From IMG/VR virus record IMGVR_UViG_2654587921_000002, positions 1 to 64,000 of that record: DNA of 64,000 bases; one strand, 5' to 3'. Positions 1 to 7,612 of the stretch are shown here, piece after piece. A model generated the notes under the pieces. It was given only the letters and a program-made list of their open reading frames with translations, was not told the DNA's origin and did not search any database. Positions within the stretch are counted from its first letter, which is position 1, and each line of letters starts with the position of its first letter. The stretch comes from a virus (Duplodnaviria; Caudoviricetes). The translations under genes were made by a program, and so were the position numbers.

Positions 1-350
1 TTAGAATGACTCTGATATCTGTTCGACCATAAATACATTTCTATCATTTGCCTGCCCCATTAGATCCAAGTATAAAGAAAGTGCAGTAAGCAAAATTAAT
101 ATATTACATGTCTGAATCTCAGTAAGATCTGAAGTATCCCTAAGATTGATTAAATAGGGAGAGTCTTCGTGAGCAATATATTTTTCAATAGAGTTGACAG
201 ATACATGAGTATCATCAAAGTAAAGCCGATATACACTTTGATATATTATTTCGAGATTTGCCCTTTTGGTTAATTGTTCGATTGGTTCTATATCACTTAT
301 CAGTCCATTATCTTTTTTAGCCTTTACCTCATCTCTCATTTGCTCGAAAT
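1..350 (-). pseudogene. 3' fragment of a hypothetical protein gene (DUF5677-like C-terminus), 5' end missing
   Basis: ORF 1..390 has no RBS; its first codons run through the REP-like hairpin at 354-380. The remainder (YQSVYRLYFDDTH) reads like genuine protein. Confidence 0.4.
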
Positions 351-462
351 GGAGAAGCAAGGGGACGCAAAATCTGCTTCGTAACAACACTTGATTTTAT
401 AATTTCTGGAGGGAGACTGGGGTCTGACACGATAGAAGCAAAATGTACGTCCCCACGCTTCC
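351..462. repeat. REP/REPIN-like inverted repeat pair
   Basis: GAAGCAAGGGGACGCAAAATCTGCTTC (354-380) and the reverse complement of 435-461 (GAAGCGTGGGGACGTACATTTTGCTTC) share GAAGC..GGGGACG..TGCTTC; each copy can form its own hairpin. Confidence 0.55.
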
Positions 463-571
463 GTCTTAGGTAGCGTGTAAAAATGCCCCGTTAGCACGCG
501 ACCCAAAGTCCTTTTTGCCCCTATAAAAGAAAAAATCCGTAGGCTATAAACCTACGAATTTACTGAATTTC

Positions 572-618
572 CTGGAGCGGGCAACGAGATTCGAACTCGC
601 GACCCACGGCTTGGGAAT
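572..618 (-). repeat. att site (distal): 3' half of tRNA-Gly(CCC)
   Basis: Reverse complement reads TTCCCAA-GCCGT-GGGTC-GCGAG-TTCGAAT-CTCGT-TGCCCGC-T-CCA (anticodon loop, T arm, acceptor strand, U73, CCA). Identical to 26830-26876; the 5' half of the tRNA is absent. Confidence 0.92.
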
Positions 619-732
619 TGGTCAAATGGAGTTTTACACCACCTAACCAGTCCCTAAGGTTCTAATGAAATCAGGATTTTCCAGGTTCAGAAGAATTATC
701 TTTTCCTATCAAATCTAGCCCGTTTTATTGCG

Positions 733-757
733 TTTTGTCCCGCAGATTGTCCCGCAA
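733..757. promoter_or_regulatory. Putative integrase arm-type sites (2 x TTGTCCCGC)
   Basis: TTTTGTCCCGCAGATTGTCCCGCAA; 24/25 identical to 26760-26784 at the other end of the element. Confidence 0.7.
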
Positions 758-821
758 AATAATCCTAAATTAGTAGCTACGTTACTTTATATTATACATG
801 TCATACCTTAACAAAAAGCCC

Positions 822-1296
822 CTGAGAACCTTCTACCTTACTTTGTATACTTACTCTTGATATTAAGCTCGTTAAGCTGCTAACCTTTCAACAACATACT
901 GAGAACCTTCTATCTTACTTCGTGTACTTACTCTTGATATTAAGCTCGTTAAGCTGCTAACCTTTCAGCAACATACTGAGAACCTTCTACCTTACTTTGT
1001 ATACTTACTCTTGATATTAAGCTCGTTAAGCTGCTAACCTTTCAACAACGTACTGAGAACCTTCTACCTTACTTCGTGTACTTACTCTTGATATTAAGCT
1101 CGTTAAGCTGCTAACCTTTCAGCAACATACTGAGAACCTTCTACCTTACTTTGTATACTTACTCTTGATATTGAGCTTGTTAAGCTGCTAACCTTTCAAC
1201 AACATACTGAGAACCTTCTACCTTACTTTGTATACTTACTCTTGATATTGAGCTTGTTAAGCTGCTAACCTTTCAACAACATACTGAGAACCTTCT
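822..1296. repeat. Tandem array of 6 x 77 bp plus a 13-bp partial copy
   Basis: Units start at 822, 899, 976, 1053, 1130, 1207 and 1284 (CTGAGAACCTTCTACCTTAC...CAACATA) with only a few SNPs; no variable spacers. Confidence 0.97.
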
Positions 1297-1319
1297 TAAC
1301 GTTTCAACCAAAAAACTGT

Positions 1320-2780
1320 TTACTCAACTATTAATTCATAGTACTGATTAGGGTCATTCCTATTCAAAGCCACTCTCCGTATAAAACCTTTTGCTGCTAA
1401 CTCTTCTAACACTTTTCTACTTACATTAGTACTTCGTTCAATTATCTTTGCCAACTCTTTTGTAGTTACTTTCCCACGGCTATACATAATCTCCAATGCC
1501 TGTTTATGATGAGACGGCAGACTATTCCACTCACTGCTCACCAGAGTACCAATCCGTTCTTGCCGCCGATTCCTTCTCATAAATACATTATTCTTCAGAG
1601 TAAGCAGTACCGACTGATTATTTGGTTCATCATAAATAGGCTCATCTAAAAAGAATGACTTCATCTCCTCATAAATACGCTTAACTCCTTCACCAAGTTC
1701 TTTAACCCAACCAAACTCAGTAAGAACTCTAGCAATTCTCGGATTCCTAGAATACCTGACCTCCCGAATATTCGATGTAGTAACAATGTTAGGCAGCTTG
1801 CCAGGACTCACTATCTCCATTCTATCGTCAAACAATAGAATCTTTATATCATCGCCTTGTATGTTATAAGCTCTATGTGTAACAGCATTTACAATGCCTT
1901 CTTGCCAAGCAAACGCAGGGTACTCCGGAATAGAAACAAACTTGCCATCCAGAGGATTGAGAGCTGTAAACGTCCGCAACTGGCTTTGAACCAAACTGCG
2001 TGCGGTTTCTATCTGCTTAACCAGAGGCCCTTCAATATATTCTTGTTTAATAATATTCATGCTCGTACCGACTTCTGCTTTTCCGCCTTCATACCGGATG
2101 AAACGAATACGGGCATTCGGAAGATAGGCACTTGGATATTTAGCAAAAAGCAATACCCCAGCAATTGTAATTAACGGTCTGTCTGCACTTCGCTTTGCTA
2201 AACCTCTGGCATAAAGGATTTGTAGCAAATCGTCTCCCTGAAAATTCACTGCCTTTTTATATTCGCTCAATAATTCTTCATCCAAGTCTTCCCAGCGACA
2301 GTCCTCAATCACGTTATCTTCAAAAAGACGTTCACCTTTGTCATACTCCAAGCTTAAACGCTGTTCAAAGGAAAGCTTCTTACTCTCATCACCAACCCGC
2401 AGGAAAACTTCATCCGCGCTATTTCTATGGACCCTATCTGAGCTGGCTTCAATATGGAGGAAGAGCAACCGGTCACTATTTCCATTATTCTTAATTACAT
2501 CAACAAATTCAGGAGTATACCTAACCGAAGGAATGCATTTTTCAAAACCACACTGTATAAAATCATTAATTTTTACATTACCCTGTGCATCAATTCCTTC
2601 GATAGCTCTATCTTTAATTCCTATGGCTATCGTCCCACCATCGGCATTAGCAAACGCGATGACAGTCTCGGTTAACTTTGCTATGGATATAGAGGCGGAC
2701 TTCCTATCAAAGTATTGGCTCTCGACACCAGGGGTAAGTAGAAATTCCATAGTTAAGTTTGTATTATATTTTGACAACAT
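1320..2780 (-). CDS. AlbA_2/Schlafen-like domain + HATPase_c_4 (RecG-C-like) + C-terminal winged-HTH protein
   Basis: N-terminal ESQYFDRK..ETVIAFANADGGTIAIGIKD; central AWQEGIVNAVTHRAY..DDRMEIVSPGKLP..SRNPRIARVL..ELGEGV; HTH at the C-terminus. Start placed at ATG 2780 after GAGGTG. Confidence 0.8.
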   Translation of the reverse strand: MLSKYNTNLTMEFLLTPGVESQYFDRKSASISIAKLTETVIAFANADGGTIAIGIKDRAIEGIDAQGNVKINDFIQCGFEKCIPSVRYTPEFVDVIKNNGNSDRLLFLHIEASSDRVHRNSADEVFLRVGDESKKLSFEQRLSLEYDKGERLFEDNVIEDCRWEDLDEELLSEYKKAVNFQGDDLLQILYARGLAKRSADRPLITIAGVLLFAKYPSAYLPNARIRFIRYEGGKAEVGTSMNIIKQEYIEGPLVKQIETARSLVQSQLRTFTALNPLDGKFVSIPEYPAFAWQEGIVNAVTHRAYNIQGDDIKILLFDDRMEIVSPGKLPNIVTTSNIREVRYSRNPRIARVLTEFGWVKELGEGVKRIYEEMKSFFLDEPIYDEPNNQSVLLTLKNNVFMRRNRRQERIGTLVSSEWNSLPSHHKQALEIMYSRGKVTTKELAKIIERSTNVSRKVLEELAAKGFIRRVALNRNDPNQYYELIVE

Positions 2781-2946
2781 CCATCTCACCTCATCCTGAA
2801 TAAAGATAATCTAATTTACATTATATACCAAAAAGGTTTAATAATACAGCATACACCATCAATTAGTATAAACAATTTTAGGTACATCTAAAATCATTAT
2901 ACTATAAAAAAGGAACCACCCCAAGGAATGGCTCCATTTAGTACAA

Positions 2947-4203
2947 TTACGCAGCATCACGCCGTTCTTCCGGTATGCAGACAGAAGTCTGCACACCAAC
3001 CGAATAGCCTGTAGATGATTCACGAAAAAGACCTTCTAGTGCCTTAACTGCAGTGTCTTGCATATCTGGTAATAAGTGGCTGTATGTATCCAATGTCATC
3101 GTGACTGTACTGTGACCAAGCCGCTCCTGTACAATTTTAGGATTTATCCCTTCCAGGAGAAGCAACGTGGCATGTGTATGGCGTAAGTCGTGAAATTTGA
3201 TACTGCGGTCAATACCTGCGTCTACTAGCATTGCCTTGAAATGCCGTGTAGTAAAGTTGCTGGTATCTACCGGCCTGCCAAACATATTCGCCACCACAAA
3301 ATTATTATTTTCGTATTTATCACCAAGTTGCGCTATTTGCTCTTCCTGCCATGTTTTATAAATTCGTAATTCTTCAGTAACTTTGTCAGGTAAGGGTATC
3401 TGTCGCTTAGACTTTTGGGTTTTAGGTTCTTGCAGCCATTGTCCGGTAACAAGTTTGCGCCCGGTTATTAGTGACCGCCTGACAAAAACTACACCTCGCT
3501 CCAAATCAACACAATCCCATTGCAGACCAAATATTTCACCAAGCCTCATACCGGTTGATAGTGCCAATAATATTACGATATATGGAACTTGACCTTTTTG
3601 CTTAGCAACACAAAGTAACGCCGTCACCTGCTCTTTCGTCATAAGGCATATCTCTTTCTTGGTTAGTTTAGGCGGAATCGTATCTTTTACTACATTTCTT
3701 ATCACCAGCCCTGCCTTAACGGCTTGTTCAAGGGCCATACTTAAGTATCTTCGAGTGGCTTTAACTGTACTTGTTGAAATACCATTTCCATTCTTTCCTC
3801 CCTCATTTAATAGCTTATTTAGTAAGCGTTGGACATCCGGAGATTTCAGTTTTCCAATCTGAACATTACCTAGTTGTGGCTTCACATAACATCGCAAACA
3901 GCCTTCATACTTATCATACGATTTAACCCGAACTTTTTGTTTAACATAATCTTGTAACCAACGTTCTAGCCACTCCCAAAGTGTAGTTTTGTCGGTACCC
4001 GGCAGCAAACCACCCTCCAAATTCTCCAGCCATTGTTGACCAATTTTTAAAGATGCAGCCTTTGTCTGCGTTCCTTTGAGCTTTTTGCGTTTCGTTTCAC
4101 CAGTCATGGGGTCTTTGTAGGTAACTTTAACAAAATAACATTCTCTTTTTCTATCCCATTCCAGAGTGCCTTCCCCATGACCACGATGTGAACTATTTGC
4201 CAT
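2947..4203 (-). CDS. int: Tyrosine recombinase / site-specific integrase
   Basis: TGMRLGEIFGL, FHDLRHTHAT, RLGHSTVTMTLDTYSH catalytic motifs; N-terminal arm-binding region. RBS GGAGGG before ATG 4203. Confidence 0.95.
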   Translation of the reverse strand: MANSSHRGHGEGTLEWDRKRECYFVKVTYKDPMTGETKRKKLKGTQTKAASLKIGQQWLENLEGGLLPGTDKTTLWEWLERWLQDYVKQKVRVKSYDKYEGCLRCYVKPQLGNVQIGKLKSPDVQRLLNKLLNEGGKNGNGISTSTVKATRRYLSMALEQAVKAGLVIRNVVKDTIPPKLTKKEICLMTKEQVTALLCVAKQKGQVPYIVILLALSTGMRLGEIFGLQWDCVDLERGVVFVRRSLITGRKLVTGQWLQEPKTQKSKRQIPLPDKVTEELRIYKTWQEEQIAQLGDKYENNNFVVANMFGRPVDTSNFTTRHFKAMLVDAGIDRSIKFHDLRHTHATLLLLEGINPKIVQERLGHSTVTMTLDTYSHLLPDMQDTAVKALEGLFRESSTGYSVGVQTSVCIPEERRDAA

Positions 4204-4234
4204 GTTATTCCCTCCTATCCCAAATAATGTCTGA

Positions 4235-4432
4235 CTAAGCACCTTGTGTGCATGCCTCATTAAGCAGACTGTCAACATACCACGACGGAACAAATACTCT
4301 TTTGCCTACACGCACCGACGGAATAACGCCTTTTTTTACAGCCGCATATATCCCTGCTCGGCTCATGGGAATTGGTCCTCCATTTTTTCTTAACAGTTCC
4401 GGTAATTCGTAAAGTGTTTTGTTGATTGACAT
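4235..4432 (-). CDS. xis: Excisionase-like HTH protein
   Basis: 65 aa with MSRAGIYAAVKKGVIPSVRVGKRVFVP (HTH_17/AlpA-like), directly upstream of int. Confidence 0.75.
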   Translation of the reverse strand: MSINKTLYELPELLRKNGGPIPMSRAGIYAAVKKGVIPSVRVGKRVFVPSWYVDSLLNEACTQGA

Positions 4433-4703
4433 GTGTACATTCCTCCTAATTAATCTTATAAGAGATGCGCAGTGTCATCTCAAATTGCTTATAACAAATT
4501 TATTTCGACTAACAGTACCATACACCACTAATTACTCCTCTCGCCCTGCATAATCCATATAGCTTTAACTTCGACACTTGTTATTCATTAGCAATAACCG
4601 AAAAGCTTTTATTTATTTAGCTTATCTTTTTTTTTAATGAAATTTCATTGCTTAAGAAATTACGTTTCTTTTGTAATATAAAAAAATTTCCTTCCCAACT
4701 ATA

Positions 4704-5234
4704 TCACGTCCAAACTACGCCCATTTTTATATTTCCATTTTCGTCTGGGTCATTAAATTTTTTCACGAGAACACTATTGTCATTTTCAAGAAAGTACTGC
4801 ACTCCTTTAGACTCCTTTGCTTCTTCATTGCCACATATGCCTATTTTAGCTAGGTCACGGTACGCTAGCCACAGGAATGCACCAAAGAAATTCACCATGT
4901 TTTTAGAATATTCTTCGACCAGTTCTTCGGAAGTCCACATTCGTTTTTCAATGGTAAGTGCGTATTTACGGTACTCCCGAACAACTGCTGGTGAAAGTCG
5001 ATGCTGAGCACCATTAATCAACCTGTAACTCGCAATAAACTCATAAACAGTATCACTTGGGTATTCTGTAATTTTGCCAACCCCGCGTCCTCCACCGCGT
5101 CTCTCCGGCTGAGGTATTAACTTATCATTTTCATAATTAAGGAGAGTTCTCGTTGTTATTTTAATTTTTTTATTATCTAACTCTTGTACAATGGTAGTTG
5201 GATTCTTAACATTAGTGGACTCATTAAAGTGCAT
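4704..5234 (-). CDS. Hypothetical protein with MerR-like HTH N-terminus
   Basis: ITTRTLLNYENDKLIPQPERRGGGRG..TEY; RBS GAGGTG before ATG 5234. Confidence 0.5.
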   Translation of the reverse strand: MHFNESTNVKNPTTIVQELDNKKIKITTRTLLNYENDKLIPQPERRGGGRGVGKITEYPSDTVYEFIASYRLINGAQHRLSPAVVREYRKYALTIEKRMWTSEELVEEYSKNMVNFFGAFLWLAYRDLAKIGICGNEEAKESKGVQYFLENDNSVLVKKFNDPDENGNIKMGVVWT

Positions 5235-5419
5235 ACAACACCTCTTATCAATTATTATAATGAATAAGAACTTCCGTTTCATTTTTAATATTAATATACA
5301 CTGGATTTTTAGTTCAGTCAAGTACTTTTTGATTTTTTTTAAATAGCTAGTTGTAAAAGTAATACTACATATAAAGAAGCCACTGGCACTCAAAAATTGA
5401 GTAGCCAACGGCTTCTTTT

Positions 5420-5623
5420 TTATACAGGTGCTCCTCTTGAAAGCCAGTCTCGCAAGGCGTCCCGGTAAACCTTATATACCCTTCCTATTTGTACTCGCGG
5501 CAAGGTGCCTTCTTTCAGCATTGCATATACTTGATTTGTGCTGATGGAGAGTATCTCGGCAACCTGCTTCGTATTTAAGACAAGTGGATAATTATCCCAA
5601 CTATTGGATTGCATTAGCAACAT
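5420..5623 (-). CDS. Second excisionase-family (HTH_17) DNA-binding protein
   Basis: LVLNTKQVAEILSISTNQVYAMLKEGTLPRVQIGRVYKVYRDALRDWL. Confidence 0.8.
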   Translation of the reverse strand: MLLMQSNSWDNYPLVLNTKQVAEILSISTNQVYAMLKEGTLPRVQIGRVYKVYRDALRDWLSRGAPV

Positions 5624-5912
5624 CCTCCTTGTGAGACAGCAATACCATCAAAGCTGCGGTACTGTTGTACTTTTCAGCGTAATCATAGGCATCTCTGCCC
5701 AGATAATCATTAGCAGTTTCTACGGCTGCACCGTTTTCTAGTGGTAACTTAATCATAGCAACATCGTTATTACGCACAGCAACCATTAGCGGCGTAATTT
5801 TCGCTTGCCCTGCTATTATGTTTGGAGTTAGTCCTTGGCCTAGCAAACCTTTAACTCCGACCAAGTCTTTAGTGGCAACCATTTGAAAGAGCTGTCTATG
5901 TGGTTTACGCAC
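5601..5912 (-). CDS. Ankyrin-repeat protein
   Basis: ITPLMVAVRNNDVAMIKLPLENGAAV..GRDAYDYA. Confidence 0.8.
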   Translation of the reverse strand: MRKPHRQLFQMVATKDLVGVKGLLGQGLTPNIIAGQAKITPLMVAVRNNDVAMIKLPLENGAAVETANDYLGRDAYDYAEKYNSTAALMVLLSHKEDVANAIQ

Positions 5913-6486
5913 TCTTGCTCACCTCGTCAGTAATCTTAAGAAATTCCCGCTTGTGTTTTTTTAGGTCATAGGGGTAATCTTGAATTAGCCTATCTAGCCG
6001 ATGACGCAATTCTGCCGGAACAGCAATTCCCATTAGTGCTGACCATCTATCTAAACAGCAGCGCCGTTTAATCCCACGTAACAATTTCAAATTTAAGGGT
6101 GGTTTAGGTAATCCGCTTTCGTCATAAATGGCTATTGACTCGTATTCACCGCAGTTAACCATCAAATCTCTAGCGGTCATACCAAAATCATTAGTCACAT
6201 AACAATCCGGGTTATACCTTACCAATAACTTAACCATAGCAGGTGTTGCTGCCAATATTAGTGCAAAACCAACAAGTTCAGGGAAGTCCTTAAAGCCTTG
6301 CTCTAGCAAATATTCAGCCATTTGCTCATGCCCGTTTTCTACAGCGTGCCACAGAGCATACCAACCTACATCATCTCGGGCAAGTATATCCACGCCCCCG
6401 TCTAGCAGGTTTATTACTTCTGCTAGGTCACCCATCCTGGCTGCAAAATTGAAATTCTCATTAAGAATTGACTGGTTCATCTTCAT
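5905..6486 (-). CDS. Ankyrin-repeat protein
   Basis: AARMGDLAEVINLLDGGVDI..GWYALWHAVENGHEQMAEYLLEQG..GMTARD. Confidence 0.8.
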   Translation of the reverse strand: MKMNQSILNENFNFAARMGDLAEVINLLDGGVDILARDDVGWYALWHAVENGHEQMAEYLLEQGFKDFPELVGFALILAATPAMVKLLVRYNPDCYVTNDFGMTARDLMVNCGEYESIAIYDESGLPKPPLNLKLLRGIKRRCCLDRWSALMGIAVPAELRHRLDRLIQDYPYDLKKHKREFLKITDEVSKSA

Positions 6487-7012
6487 CGTCTCCTGTGTAT
6501 TTTTCGATATTATCTCTCATGTCCTGAAAAACCTCCGCTGTCATAATGGGTAGCATTTTGCTCCCATAAAGAGCTTGACTCTGCGGGTCGCCAGTAGGAT
6601 GTCCGTATAGCAATTCCTTTGCATACTGTTCAGCTTTTTCCACCATTACAGCATCAACACTAGTACCACCCTGTGGCGCTGGTACGCCGCCATATATATT
6701 AACTGCTTTTAACACCTCAACTGCGATTCTGCTATCACCACTATCGAGTGCGGCCTCCATGACATCTAAAGACTTAGTTACCATTCCCCTAAGCCGTTCA
6801 TGGGCTTCACTCCAAAGCTCTTTGCGACGAGAATTGAGCTGGGCCATAAAAAAGGGGTTACGAGTCTTCCATCTGGTTATAGTATGTCTATTCACTCCGA
6901 GCACCTCGGCAGTTTTAACCACGCCAACACCGGAAGCAAGAAGGTCTATAGCATTCAATTGCTGAACAGTCAATTTAGGGTGTATTGGGGAACTATAGGG
7001 CATAGTATTCAC
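6461..7012 (-). CDS. HTH protein (terminase-small-subunit-like N-terminus)
   Basis: LTVQQLNAIDLLASG...TAEVLGVNRHTITRWK...F; helical C-terminus. Confidence 0.5.
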   Translation of the reverse strand: MNTMPYSSPIHPKLTVQQLNAIDLLASGVGVVKTAEVLGVNRHTITRWKTRNPFFMAQLNSRRKELWSEAHERLRGMVTKSLDVMEAALDSGDSRIAVEVLKAVNIYGGVPAPQGGTSVDAVMVEKAEQYAKELLYGHPTGDPQSQALYGSKMLPIMTAEVFQDMRDNIEKYTGDDEDEPVNS

Positions 7013-7017
7013 CTCGC

Positions 7018-7311
7018 TTACAATAACAGTCTTCCATCTTCAAGAAATCGTTCAGGGTTTAGCTCAATGGTAATTGCAGGTAAGCATTCGTACTTCGAGC
7101 CATATAAAACTATTCCCCTTGCAGAGCTCTCATTATGCTCTAACGCTACTCCTTCTTTAGCTAAGGAATACAAGAACTGATGCAGTTCAGGCGCTACCGA
7201 TTCAAATTGACAAAGAAACCTTGACCAATCTTCAGATATTTCCGGCTCCACCGTTGGCACTACCGGTTCTTTTCCGAACTTTAACGCTGCAAATTTGTCA
7301 ATAAGGGACAT
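7018..7311 (-). CDS. Hypothetical protein
   Basis: RBS GAGGTG before ATG 7311; co-oriented with the operon. Confidence 0.55.
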   Translation of the reverse strand: MSLIDKFAALKFGKEPVVPTVEPEISEDWSRFLCQFESVAPELHQFLYSLAKEGVALEHNESSARGIVLYGSKYECLPAITIELNPERFLEDGRLLL

Positions 7312-7354
7312 TTGAAACACCTCACTAGTATCATTTATAATAAAATAATAAGTT

Positions 7355-7612
7355 TGTAATAAGCCGTTATTACAACATATTACCTGCCTGTACCGATACA
7401 TTTAGCCGATGTAATAATGTAATAAATTTTTCAGACATACACCCAAATATTTTAAGAGCGTATCCTTACCTCCACAGCAGAGATATATCAAAAAAATATA
7501 TGGTATATTATCATTTATTACTTTATTACATTATTACAACAAGCTATTGTCATCGGTACTGGCCGGACTATTTTTGTAATAAATTTGTAATAACTTTTAT
7601 TACATTTATTAC
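7355..7612. repeat. Putative replication origin: about 12 GTAATA/TATTAC hexamers in both orientations in AT-rich DNA
   Basis: Clusters such as TATTACTTTATTACATTATTAC and GTAATAAATTTGTAATAAC, immediately downstream of the primase-helicase gene. Confidence 0.6.

Noticed and set aside
572-618. Intact tRNA-Gly gene (also at 26830-26876)
   Set aside because: The D arm and the 5' strands of the acceptor and anticodon stems are missing in both copies.
822-1296. CRISPR array (the unit contains GTTGAAAG and loosely resembles a type II repeat)
   Set aside because: Whole 77-bp units are near-identical with no unique spacers, and there are no cas genes nearby.
1320-2780. RecG helicase
   Set aside because: No SF2 helicase motifs; only the HATPase_c_4 domain often labelled RecG C-terminal.
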